NCBI GenBank assembly: GCA_900617105.1
Contig: UYFQ01000471.1
Span: 1 to 64,000, forward strand
Direction of reading: 5' to 3'
Source of the DNA: Hydrurus foetidus
Lineage: Eukaryota
Length of the DNA: 64,000 nucleotides
A program made the position numbers and the translations under genes. Below the pieces are notes generated by a model that had not been told where the DNA came from, searched no databases, and saw only the letters and a program-made list of their open reading frames with translations. Shown here in pieces: positions 24,701 through 35,491 of this stretch; the first letter of the stretch is position 1; each line of letters begins with the position of its first letter.

Positions 24701-27135
24701 GCGGCCGAATCTTCTGTCGAGCACACACTAGACTCTGGGAACAATACCGTGGGTCGACTCGCCGATAATGATATCGAATTACAACCGGATTTTGCACATC
24801 AGCAAGAATCTTATTCCGCCGAGGACATTGAGAGAGACATTCTAGATATGGACTTGCAGTCCGCTCATGATCACACCCCTCGGGGTCATATTGATTTCAG
24901 TGCCGATGATCTTGATGTGGGCTCTCTCGTTGAATTTCATGAACCCGCGCCGAACACACACAGACATCCGGACGCGTCAGTGCCTGTTACTCCACCGAGG
25001 TCCGTAGGCAATAGTGCGATGAGGAGTAGTGCTAGGAGATCAGCGGCCCAAGTTGACATTCTACCCTTGAGAAGAAACCTGTTGGATTATTATCAACCCG
25101 GCGACACCGCTGTTCTAGTAAAAGAATACGCAATGAATATAACAGTCAAGGAAGCGCTAAGGAGTAGGGGTGCTGAAGCAGAGCGAGTCATACTGAAAGA
25201 GCTCGCGCAAATGAAAGACAAGAAGGTATGGACACCCGTACATATGTCCGTACTTTCGAGTACGGAGAAACATGGAATTATCCGTTCACAGATGTTCCTA
25301 AAAGAGAAATACTTACCCACGGGTGAATTTGAGAAACTTAAAGCACGTTTAGTCGCAGGCGGAAACCAGCAGGACAAAGATCTTTATGATGACTTGTCGT
25401 CTCCGACTGTCTCAACGAGTGCGGTGATGACCGTTTTCAGCATAGCGGCTTACGAGCTGCGAAATGCTGTCGTGGTGGATATCGGGGGTGCATACCTGAA
25501 TGCGGATATGGACACTGGGGTTGTTGTGCATATGCGCCTCGACGCGATGATGTCAAAGATGATGATGAAATTAGACCCCGAATATGAGCACTACACTGAC
25601 AACAGGGGTTGCATTGTCGTTCGGCTAGACAAGGCTCTATACGGTTGCGTCGAGTCCGCTGCATTATGGTATGAGAATCTGTCTAATACACTCAGCGAGC
25701 TGGGGTTTGTTAAGAACGATCATGAAGCGTGCGTTTACAACAGGAGCCTCATTGGAGTACAATGCACCATTGCCGTTCATGTCGATGACCTCATCATTAC
25801 ATGCGCGGACATGGGAATGATCAACGCATTGTGTACGGGACTTACGAGCAAGTATGGCGAGATCACACGCCACGACGGTCCTGTGCTCAATTATCTGGGC
25901 ATGGTATTCGACCTTTCACAGAAGGGTGAGGTATGTATGAGTATGAAGGGATATACGAACGACACCATCCTATACGCGGGTATACCGGGAAAGGCGCGCA
26001 GCCCGGCCACGGACGGCCTTTTCGAGACAAGGGACGGTGCGGAATTAGTAGCAGAATCTGTACGATCTTGGTTCCACAGCGTAGTTGCAAAATTGAGCTA
26101 TTTAGCTAAACGAGCTAAGCCGGAGTGTCTGACAGCTGTTGCGTACCTTGCGACAAGAGTCACACGCTGTACTACCGATGATGTGGAGAAATTGAAGCGC
26201 GTGATGAAGTATGTGTCTGGTACCTGCGACAGGGGTGTTGTTTTCCGCCCAGGGCAACTGGGTATCTGCGTGAGGGTATTCATCGATGCAGCATATGGGG
26301 TGCACTCTGATGGTAAATCACACACTGGGAGCTGTGTAGTTATTGGGGACGTTGGTGCTGTACACTGCAAATCGAGTAAGCAGAGTATCGCAACCAAATC
26401 CAGCACTGAGGCTGAGCTGATTGCACTCTCAGATTCCGCGAACCAGGGATTGTATATCCGTAACTTTCTTATCTCGCAGGGCTACAAGATGGAGCCGGTC
26501 ACTATCTACCAAGACAACACCTCTTGCATGGCGTTGGTTGAAAGAGGACGCTCGGGCGCAGAGCGCACCAGGCACATTGCGATTCGGAACTTCTGGATTC
26601 GAGATAGGGTTGCCACGGGAGAAGCGACCATAGTGCACATAGGGGCAAAAGAGATGTACGCGAACGTACTCACTAAGCCGCTCCAGGGAGCGCAATTCGT
26701 GTACGAACGAATGTGTCTTACGGGACAGGAATAATCGATGTATCGATATCGCATATAGTCCATTGCGATGTAATAATTGATTGCGACTTATGTTTGGCGA
26801 ATATAATATCTGATGATGATGATGTGTGAACTGCGGTATCCCTAGGGGTGTGTTGGATATTATGTCTTAGGGCTACCGTTAGTTGCGAGGTGTACTTACG
26901 TGTGTACGTTGCCGAGTCCGGTTAACGGCGCAACACTTTGAATGCGTGAAAATGAATAAGTTAGTTAGCGTACTACACTGTAGTTTTGTAGCTGACCGAA
27001 TAAATCTCGTGGCTAATGCACAGGGACATTAGTCACTAGTTTAACTAACAAGTACTGACCGAAAGTATTCGTTATTTTACAAGCCTTGGGACGTTCCGTA
27101 CATCTGAGCTGTTCGAGAACTCTGGATTTTCAACA
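21750..27135 (+). mobile_element. Intact Ty1/Copia LTR retrotransposon (Copia-1)
   Basis: 285-bp LTRs at 21750-22034 and 26851-27135 (TGTTG...CAACA, 4 differences). 5-bp TSD CCTCC at 21745-21749 and 27136-27140. Short purine tract AGGGGTG before the 3' LTR. Confidence 0.97.
22061..26734 (+). CDS. Copia gag-pol polyprotein (Gag, CCHC knuckle, protease, integrase, RT, RNase H)
   Basis: Single uninterrupted ORF with CYVCGEFGHYARDC, LLDSQAS, integrase SVDVMY/MSDGEG/IERKIQTVKE, RT KARLVAGG/LYGCVES/VHVDD and RNase H FIDAAY/SSTEAE/IYQDN. INT lies before RT, the Copia order. Confidence 0.96.
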   Translation: MPPKRSPEPKDAKGCMLQIGKFNNVVAWNLEMRSLTVTAYGSSALFLTTNERFVYPLPREEDFLVEYPVGPDDLPALPMSAALIADCKRDAFTGRQKDIRKQKENEKMLYGFIWDKMSTASQSKVKEEEEFELADVDKDPVMLWTLIRRTHLTHVHGIQEPMVRLNKREQIAKYSALRQGDREYIASFKIRYDAQVQAGIGAGLPVIDEETMAMDFLHKLDPKRFEKMLNHMRRNAICNAGESYPATLAAAVRIASAWPDEGSGSVNPSGTDTHSAFLTADSAFVTKSKDKKQSTNSTTDKSPTGKKKSLTEVECYVCGEFGHYARDCKDRKSKAKALVTNSGGGNGVDDDGYEHDDEEGTIYVTTSEMILFSKDDVLLDSQASVNVFCNPRLLRNVRKSDRQVLLNGVQSGAAGVRITQEGDFNDVGKVYFSAESTANILSYAVMVDEGNGVSYDQLNDRFELRPAGSQLIYSFCRKQVPGSEGRFYCCNVKTMVGKSATIYADIRDLKSVDHALIETERDNMSKYTKREVEGAYKARELLAKMGFPPVSQAIEIATRGVNFTVTARDFHVANDIWGPDIASLKGKSKKQSTNIAEIEIGQRLVQQEQILSVDVMYVEGIPSLIGLATPLDLTMAVSLLTLDSIHGSRATSIIRDGILGFISTLASRNFVTRLIMSDGEGAIGKMTTNLNLMGIEVDVSGAGGHVARIERKIQTVKERVRAHISHQLPFTLTTLGVAMLVLFCVSRLNYQTSGVGSRSESPRVAFSGRQINETLDFRAGFGQYAQCTVANTDSNMGARTEDCIVMLPTGNRTGSVKMMSIKTGKLVTRDQFKLLPMPSTVIARLNEMAAGEGRKIGTRSNMVYREERGLLKDNVTYIRPAAESSVEHTLDSGNNTVGRLADNDIELQPDFAHQQESYSAEDIERDILDMDLQSAHDHTPRGHIDFSADDLDVGSLVEFHEPAPNTHRHPDASVPVTPPRSVGNSAMRSSARRSAAQVDILPLRRNLLDYYQPGDTAVLVKEYAMNITVKEALRSRGAEAERVILKELAQMKDKKVWTPVHMSVLSSTEKHGIIRSQMFLKEKYLPTGEFEKLKARLVAGGNQQDKDLYDDLSSPTVSTSAVMTVFSIAAYELRNAVVVDIGGAYLNADMDTGVVVHMRLDAMMSKMMMKLDPEYEHYTDNRGCIVVRLDKALYGCVESAALWYENLSNTLSELGFVKNDHEACVYNRSLIGVQCTIAVHVDDLIITCADMGMINALCTGLTSKYGEITRHDGPVLNYLGMVFDLSQKGEVCMSMKGYTNDTILYAGIPGKARSPATDGLFETRDGAELVAESVRSWFHSVVAKLSYLAKRAKPECLTAVAYLATRVTRCTTDDVEKLKRVMKYVSGTCDRGVVFRPGQLGICVRVFIDAAYGVHSDGKSHTGSCVVIGDVGAVHCKSSKQSIATKSSTEAELIALSDSANQGLYIRNFLISQGYKMEPVTIYQDNTSCMALVERGRSGAERTRHIAIRNFWIRDRVATGEATIVHIGAKEMYANVLTKPLQGAQFVYERMCLTGQE

Positions 27136-27383
27136 CCTCCTGCCTGCCAGCTTCCTCCACACAGTTATTGATATTCGTAGTCGTACATTGTACGGTATCT
27201 CACATTGAAGACAATCCGTGCGTTTCGTATCACACAATCATCTCATGACTTCGACAACAATCTCTCGTCATGAACATAAATTAATTCGAACACTCGTTGA
27301 ATAGTTCCTTGCGTTTGACCTACCTCGATCTTTCCAGCATCGACTGAGATCAACAGTTCGAATTAGTTCATATCAAAGCCAAC

Positions 27384-28469
27384 ATGGAGCAGCATTATGA
27401 TTTACTGTCTCACCCCAGAACCAACTTCGCGGCATGGCAGAGCCAACAACGCGAACTTTGGGGAAGCGCCTACAGACTCTACAGTGATACAGGGCTTGAG
27501 GGCTTTTTAGTTACAGACGAACAGTGGGCCGCTATTCCGGGAAACACAATTACAACAGCTGCGATCGACGATCAGCCAGCAGTAGTCACCATCGCGGCCC
27601 GCCCGCAATTTGAAACGCTACCTCAGTTGCAATTAAACGCTACAGCCGCAATCACAGCCAATTATGATCGTACCCTAAAGCAGCAAAAGTTGATGAGGGA
27701 GCAATATGACATACTGAAGAAAAATCTCATATCGACTATCAATCCACACGATCTTGCCGTTTTGCGGCACCCACATCACGCTCTACTACATGTTACCGCC
27801 AAGGCTATATTTGCCCACATCATCGTGCTACATGGCACTCTCGACAATGCGGATTACGTTCAGTTATTGGGAACCTTGAATAATCCGATGACCGCCACCG
27901 ACACTGTCTCTAGCATTGTGGCTACACATCGACTGGTTCACCAACAGTTAGCGGCGGCACAGCAGCCAATCAATAATTACCAGCAATGTCTTTACTTCAA
28001 AGCAGCTACAGCGCACAACATTCAAGTGGTAAAAGCCACCAACTCTTATTTGGTATCTGTGCCGGCGATCGCACAACAGACTTTCGACGCGCTGACAACT
28101 TATGTCGTTCAGCAAACGCCGAACTTTATTCCCACCGCCGCATCCATGGGATATACGGCAACAGCAACAGCTGTCACTACGGAAGATGCCATCCTAGCCT
28201 CCCCTGCTTTCGCTGCATTGTTACAACGGGCCATCCAACAAGCTCTACCCACTGGACAACGTACAGCGCCCAGCGGGACACAGAAGCCACCTACACATTA
28301 CTGTTACCATCACGGACACAATACGTCCCATCACGGCACGACCTGTACTGTGATGCTTGCTAACCCTGAGCGATACCTGCCTAGCCATTTGGCTGCCACC
28401 ACACCCACCGCAGTTCCCAACGGATCCACCGCCCGGGGAGGGCGTTGGAACAAGAATAATCGTAGCTGA
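27384..28469 (+). CDS. Gag of Copia-2
   Basis: 361-aa ORF right after the 5' LTR, with C-terminal YCYHHGHNTSHHGTTC knuckle; ends in a TGA in frame with pol. Confidence 0.88.
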   Translation: MEQHYDLLSHPRTNFAAWQSQQRELWGSAYRLYSDTGLEGFLVTDEQWAAIPGNTITTAAIDDQPAVVTIAARPQFETLPQLQLNATAAITANYDRTLKQQKLMREQYDILKKNLISTINPHDLAVLRHPHHALLHVTAKAIFAHIIVLHGTLDNADYVQLLGTLNNPMTATDTVSSIVATHRLVHQQLAAAQQPINNYQQCLYFKAATAHNIQVVKATNSYLVSVPAIAQQTFDALTTYVVQQTPNFIPTAASMGYTATATAVTTEDAILASPAFAALLQRAIQQALPTGQRTAPSGTQKPPTHYCYHHGHNTSHHGTTCTVMLANPERYLPSHLAATTPTAVPNGSTARGGRWNKNNRS

Positions 28470-31400
28470 GATGCGCCGGTGCAGTTAGTGCCTTGCATGC
28501 CTGTGTGTTGTAATTTATTAAAGACAAATGCAGCACACAGACATCTAGCTTTCTGCACCGATCCGCCTTTCGTCTGTGCTGATACCGGATCTACAAACAT
28601 GTTGTTCCGACAATCGGACAGCACAGTCCTTTGCGACATTCAATCATCGCCGATATTGAAGGTTCAACTACCAAATGGGACTGCAATCTCATCACATCAC
28701 TCCGGGTTATTATATCTGCCGCACTTAGACCAGCCATTTGAGGCACACATATTCGCAGACTCTGATTTATCCTTGTCCCTCCTTTCACTCTCCGAGATGT
28801 GTCGAGCAGGATGTTCAGCAACGTTCACCGATACTGACGTATCCATTCACTATAACCACAAAATAGTATTGCACGGCAACAAGCACACACATGTGTCCTT
28901 GTGGCATATTCCGCTGTCAGCGATAACTCGACATTCACCGTTCGCTGCAACTGTCACGACGATATATGACCCGGCACCAACGGTACACAGTAACGACGCC
29001 GCCTTCATCCGCTTCATGCATGCAGCGTTTGGCAACCCAGCTCTCAGCACCTTCCAACACGCGGTGCGGTCCCATTATTTACCGTCGATACAACGACTCA
29101 CCATCAGTAATGTGCTTGCTCATCCCCCACATACCGTCCCAACAGCTTTAGGGCACTTGGATCAAACACGACAAGGTCAGCGTTCCACAAACCGTTTCAT
29201 ATCCTTGTTTAGCGACGAACCCAAAGAGGACGCTCCATATGATGCCGACTCAGAGCAATCAAACACTGGATATGCCAATCACACGTATACTCACGTCTAT
29301 GTGCTCACCGACACCATGCATTCGGACCTCACTGGTAAATTCCCAGTCATATCACGGTTGGGTATGCAGTATATTTTTGTATCGGTGTTAGATGGGTATA
29401 TTCACGTTGAACCCATGCGCACTCGACATCACTTAGAGTATATCAGTGCATATAAGCGCACAATCAATTTTTTTGGGCAACTGGGCAGAAAACCTTCATT
29501 TCAGAGACTGGACAATGAATCATCTACAGCATTGGAGACATTTGCACGTATCAACGGCATCAGCATACAGTATTGCGCTCCACACCAACATCGCGCACTC
29601 AAAGCCGAGCGTGCGATCAGAACATTCAAGAATCATTTTATATCTACTCTATGCACCGTGGCGCCCGACTTTCCTCTTGACCTATGGGACCATTTATTGC
29701 CGCAAGCGGAATTAACATTAAATCACCTGCTCCCATATGCAGTAAATTCCACAGTCTCTGCCTACGCTGGTCTTCATGGAGGTCCTTTCGACTTCGCCGC
29801 TCATCCTATAGCACCGGCCGGAACTAAGGTCGTTGTACATGACAAACCCTCTGTGCGTGCGTCATGGGCGACGCATGGTACGCCGGGATTCTACATGGGA
29901 CCGGCGCCTAAGCATTATCGTTGCTATCGAGTATGGGTTACTGACACACAAACCATTCGTATTACTGATACTGTCGCATGGTATCTGCACGGTCTACAAC
30001 TCCCTGGGCCTACACCATCAGACATGTTCTTAGCAGCTCTCACGGACCTCACCACCGCTATCAATACGCTCATTGCTAGTCCTAAAGTACATCAACCGCT
30101 GCACCCCACAGGACAATTGATTCATACACTCACAGAGACACTGCAACAGATCACCAGTATTTATCATCCGTCTCAACCTACATCTATTCACGAGGTTGAG
30201 AACAACGTGGAGCCCACACCCCACCCTGTGGAACAGAGGGTGTTCCCAGTTGACCAAATCAACACATCCGACAAACCGCCAGCAGCACCAGAACAGAGGG
30301 TGACTAATACTCCAGAACCAACACTTTCTTCCCTCCCCACACTTCATTGGAATGTTACGATCCCGAACAACCCTCTACCACCTCCACCAGGGTTACTCCC
30401 ACCGTCGGACGTTGCATCAGTACCACCTGCCCTCGCTGAGATCACCGAACCCAACACAGGCATAACGGCCGTAACTCGCCAACACAATACGACCTCGCGA
30501 GCACCATGCGTCACGGACAGAGTCACGCGCAGCGCACAGCGGCAGCAGTCACATCAGCTCCCACAGGCCCACGCAGCTCTAAATCTCGACGATACTGGCC
30601 GGCCTCTGACATACAATACTGCCACCGCTGGGCCAAACAAGCCCCACTGGGAAACTGCGGCTGCAGAAGAAATCCAGCGGCTAATTGACACAGACACTCC
30701 TATAACACTCCGCCTGGATGCAAGAGCACGTACTATAATCCTCAAGTGAAAGAAAAACAAAACAGTGACGGCACCACTAAATATCGCGTTCGGGGTACCA
30801 TCGGTGGCAATCTTATTAACTACCCAGGTCCAACCACAGCACGTACTGCCGCAATGCCTTTAGTCAAACTACTTATTCACTCCGTTGTGTCTGACAATAA
30901 GAGCTGGCTAACGTTAGATATCAAAGGTTTTTATCTTGGCACTCCTCTCGATCGTCCTGAGTTTTTGCGCATACCAACGAAGTCCATACCCGAGCAAATC
31001 ATTTCTGCCGACAATTTGCAGCCGTTTCTTCACAATCAGCACATCTTGTTCCAAGTCAATAAAGGTATGTATGGTCTCCCGCAGGCCGGTTTACTCGCGC
31101 AGAAACGATTGATCACGCATTTGGCACAACATGGCTATCATCAGACGGATGCCACTTGTTTGTTTCGTCATCAGTCTAATGGAACAGATTTCTCCCTCGT
31201 TGTAGACGACTTCGGAGTTAAGTACAGCACTATGGAAGGTGTCAACCACCTCATCACAACATTACAACTTTTATACGTCATCACCATAGATTGGACGGGA
31301 GGAAAGTACCTTGGATTCACCATTGCGTTCAATCACGACCGCCGTTACGTCGATCTAAGTATGCCAGGTTATATTGCCAAAGCACTTCAACGCTTTGCGC

Positions 31401-32278
31401 CCCACCTCAGCGTGGGCGCGGCTTCTCCAGCTGCGTATATTCCACCCGCATACGGACATCCAGATCTGTCACCTGTTTCTGACTCTAGCCCCACCTTAAC
31501 ACCAGAACAAAAGCTGACGTTACAAGAAATTGTCGGATCCCTTCTCTACTATGCCCGAGGCATCGACGTCACTATTCTAACCGCAGTTAACCACCTTGCG
31601 TCTGCTCAAGCTAACCCCACGGTTACCGTAATGCTCGCAGCTACCCGATTACTCGCATACTGTGCCCGCTATCCTGACAACGCTCTCCGCTATCATGCCT
31701 GCGATATGATATTGCACATTCAGTCCGATGCCTCCTACCTCTCTCGCCCTGGAGCACGATCCGTAGCGGGGGGTATCTTTTACCTAGGCAACGTAGACCA
31801 ACCCACCATAATCAATGGTGCCCTACACGCCATCAGTTCTATCATTCCATCAGTTGTCGCATCGGTGGCCGAAGCCGAGTACGCGGCGCTATTCCTCAAT
31901 GGCCAAGAGGGAGAATGGCTTCGCCATCTACTCGTCTCACTTGGCTATCCACAACCACCCACTATCATTTTATGCGACAACAAATGCGCACACGGCATTG
32001 CCACCGACACGGTCAAACCTAAACGCACCAAAAGTATTGACATGAAGTATCATTGGATTCGGGATCGCATTCGCGCGGGTCATTTCTCGGTTCGCTGGCG
32101 CAAAGGCAGTGATAATCTCGCAGATTTTTTCACCAAGCCTCTCCCGGTCAAAAAACACCAAGAACTTATGAAGCTTCTGATCCATGTTCCACTGCCTGTC
32201 CTATCACCTGCTCCGACCTCACTAACACATCATACTTCAAACACTACATGCTCTACTAGTTATAACGGCACGGATTGA
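28470..32278 (+). CDS. Pol of Copia-2 (protease, integrase, RT, RNase H) with one frameshift near 30700
   Basis: CADTGS protease; HSDLTG/RLDNE/KAERAIRTFKNH integrase; KGMYGLPQAG/LVVDDFGVKY RT; QSDASY/AEAEY/LCDN/NLADFFTK RNase H. Frame changes between ORFs 28479-30749 and 30746-32278. Confidence 0.92.
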
Positions 32279-32602
32279 GAGGGTGTATTGATATTCGTAG
32301 TCGTACATTGTACGGTATCTCACATTGAAGACAATCCGTGCGTTTCGTATCACACAATCATCTCATGACTTCGACAACAATCTCTCGTCATGAACATAAA
32401 TTAATTCGAACACTCGTTGAATAGTTCCTTTCGTTTGACCAACCTCGATCTTTCCAGCATCGACTGAGATCAACAACAGTACTTCTGTAAAATACTGTGG
32501 TCTTCACCGTATAAAGAATAAAGAGTACAGAGGGTACAGGATAAAGGTAGGATATTACGGTATCGGTATATTGTGGTTTGCAAATTAATTTGCAGCAGCA
32601 CC

Positions 32603-33506
32603 TTGGCATTTGTCGATTCTGCCACTAAATTTTTAGATTCTGCTAGCAGAATTCTGCTGCCATTCTGCCACTAAATGATAGAATTCTGGCAGTAGATAAA
32701 TAAATTCTACCAGCAGCGAATGTAATTCTGCTGATAAAGTCTAAATTCTGCTAACATTCTGCTACGCAGAAAACTCTTCAATAACTAGGGCTCGTATCTA
32801 CATGTCTACGGCCAATGGCCGCAGCAGCGGCCACGGTCAGTCCTACAGCCAAGGTAAGCAAAGAGAATTAACAATTAACGGCATGAAAATTAGTGGCATG
32901 TATGATCGTACCGGGTATACCGGGCCTACAGGCCGTACCGGACCTTGTCACGATCCATCCGATCCTTCCGCCTACTGTACACTTACATCCTCGCATACTG
33001 CTAGCCAGCTGCAGCCGTTCCCCATGTGCTAGCCAGATGTGTCCAACAGATCCCCATGTTGTAAATGTCGGAAGAATCATACAATGGTATGCGGCAGCCA
33101 TAATACTCACAGAGGCCTCTTCGATCTAAATCCATAGTTCAATATTATAGCACTTCTGCCATTCACTCGTGATATAGCAGAAGCCATCAGCATCAGCATC
33201 AGCATCTGGATCTGAATCTGCCATCAGCCATCAGCCATCAGATCATGGTTCGTTGGTTAAGGTACTATAAATTAAATTCTTCTACTAAAAATAAAACTTC
33301 TGGTGCTAAAACATATTTTCTGCTACTCAAAATAAATTCTGCTACTGAAAAATTTAAACTGTGCCACTAAAATACATATTCTGCTGCTAGAACCAAGTTC
33401 TGCCACTAAACAGTATATTCCGCTCAAATTCTGCTGGCAGTTGCCAGTAAATGCTGCTGAGTGTAAATTCTGCTGATATTCTGCTAGCGTAATCGACGAA
33501 TGCCAA
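32603..33506. mobile_element. Non-autonomous TIR element with 8-bp TSD (element B)
   Basis: TIR TTGGCATTYGTCGATT; TSD GCAGCACC at 32595-32602 and 33507-33514; many subterminal TTCTGCYA motifs at both ends; no coding capacity. Confidence 0.85.
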
Positions 33507-33518
33507 GCAGCACCCCAC

Positions 33519-33651
33519 CCTGGACATGAACTCGAAGACTTTTTTACCCCTCAACAGAAGAACAGTCCTCAAAATCTCGGTATTTTTGGCCTAGAATCGA
33601 CGTTCCATAATCAAAAACGATGTAAATTCCTGTTTCGAGTTCATGTCCAGG
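33519..33651. mobile_element. 133-bp MITE-like foldback (element C)
   Basis: Perfect 18-bp inverted repeat CCTGGACATGAACTCGAA at 33519-33536 and 33634-33651; TSD unclear. Confidence 0.6.
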
Positions 33652-33653
33652 TA

Positions 33654-35491
33654 TGGCGTGCCAAAGGTGTTTTTATTATTTTCACCGTTTTCCCGAGGAT
33701 CCCGTACTTTTCTTTCTCCGCTCCTACCCTCGCATCTCCAAACTCCAAACCATCATACTCCTCTCAACTCATAGCACTGTAGAAAATGCAGCTTCACTCC
33801 AGTTGGAAAAGTGAATCAGCAGTTCCTCAACTTGCCTATCATAGCAGCTATAGCCGCTACTCATTCCTTTGGAAATTTTCATCACGAGAGACATCAAGCA
33901 TCCCGAAGATTTCACCATCTCCAAACCATACAGAGTATCTGCGACAGCAGGTAAGACTCTTCTAACGCTTGATTCTTGCTTGAACATGCACCAAAATCTA
34001 GCTACTCAACTTTAATACGTCAAAGGCTGACGCCAAATGTTCCATTCCACTGAAACTTTTTGATGCCATTTTCGTCTTAAAAAATAGTTCCTGTCTATTT
34101 TGCAACTGAACGGCTCAATTCACACGAAATTCTGAGCGAAGTATCAAAGTATATCTGTCATAATGCTTGCAAATTCTTAGCGTCTCATGTATTATGTGGC
34201 ATTTTCTGTTATTGTTACAAGCGTTCAAAAACGCCACCTCGATATCACCATCACTTTTGCAAATATCTCGTGGATTATTACTCTGTTGATAGAATAGAAT
34301 ATTGTGATCATTACATTACATGCTTCATAGAATGTCTTTAAGATTTCGTAGCAAAGCACAAAAAGTTGTAATTAAAAGCATTCTTTCCCTGAGAAACGTA
34401 TTCTTTCATGAACAGCTTTTGAAACTCCTGAATGCTCATGCAAAATGCTGTCAGCGAAACTGCAGTTAAAAATTATTTTCTAGATGTTGCAACAGGATGT
34501 TGGATGTTGCAACAAGAGGTATTTTTTCTTTGCCTATTTACTAGAGAAACATCAGCAAGTTCTCTGTGCTTAGCATGCTGCTGACCAAGAATTGTCCACG
34601 GAGATATAGACCCATTGCCTCTTGCACTCACGCTTCAAGAAAAGCTAGGCTGGTTCTTTGAATCGCGGTTTCGCTGACAGCATTTTGCATGAGCATTCAG
34701 GAGTTTCAAAAGCTGTTCATGAAAGAGCACGTTTCTCAGGGAAAGAATGCTTTTAATTACAACTTTTTGTGCTTTGCTACGAAATCTTAAAGACATTCTA
34801 TGAAGCATGTAATGTAATGATCACAATATTCTATTCTATCAACAGAGTAATAATCCACGAGATATTTGCAAAAGTGATGGTGATATCGAGATGGCGTTTT
34901 TGAACGCTTGTAACAATAACAGAAAATGCCACATAATACATGAGACGCTAAGAATTTGCAAGCATTATGACAGATATACTTTGATACTTCGCTCAGAATT
35001 TCGTGTGAATTGAGCCGTTCAGTTGCAAAATAGACAGGAACTATTTTTTAAGACGAAAATGGCATCAAAAAGTTTCAGTGGAATGGAACATTTGGCGTCA
35101 GCCTTTGACGTATTAAAGTGGAGTAGCTAGATTTTGGTGCATGTTCAAGCAAGAATCAAGCGTTAGAAGAGTCTTAGCTGCTGTTGCAGATACTTTGTAT
35201 GGTCTGGAGATGGTGAAATCTCCTGTTTTCAGGAGTCTTCGGGATGCTTGATGTCTCTCGTGATGAAAATTTCCAGAGGAATGAGTAGCGGCTATAGCTG
35301 CTATGATAGGCAAGTTGAGGAACTGCTGATTCACTTTTCCAACTGGAGTGAAGCTGCATTTTCTACAGTGCTATGAGTTGAGAGGAGTATGATGGTTTGG
35401 AATTTGGAGATGCGAGGGTAGGAGCGGAGAAAGAAAAGTACGGGATCCTCGGGAAAACGGTGAAAATAATAAAAACACCTTTGGCACGCCA
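33654..35491. mobile_element. 1.84-kb foldback element with ~810-bp inverted arms (element D)
   Basis: Arm 33654-34460 is the reverse complement of 34668-35491 apart from scattered SNPs and one 17-bp indel; 207-bp spacer; flanked by TA on both sides. Confidence 0.92.

Larger units (their letters stand above)
27166..32475 (+). mobile_element. Ty1/Copia LTR retrotransposon, CoDi-like (Copia-2)
   Basis: 190-bp LTRs at 27166-27355 and 32286-32475 (TATTGAT...ATCAACA, 2 differences). 5-bp TSD ACAGT at 27161-27165 and 32476-32480. PPT GAGAGGGTG. Confidence 0.96.

Noticed and set aside
22125..26763. Many short antisense and alternate-frame ORFs inside Copia-1
   Set aside because: Shadows of the long gag-pol ORF with no independent motifs.
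33769..35359. Short ORFs in the palindrome arms
   Set aside because: Under 75 aa, not preserved between the two arms, no motifs.
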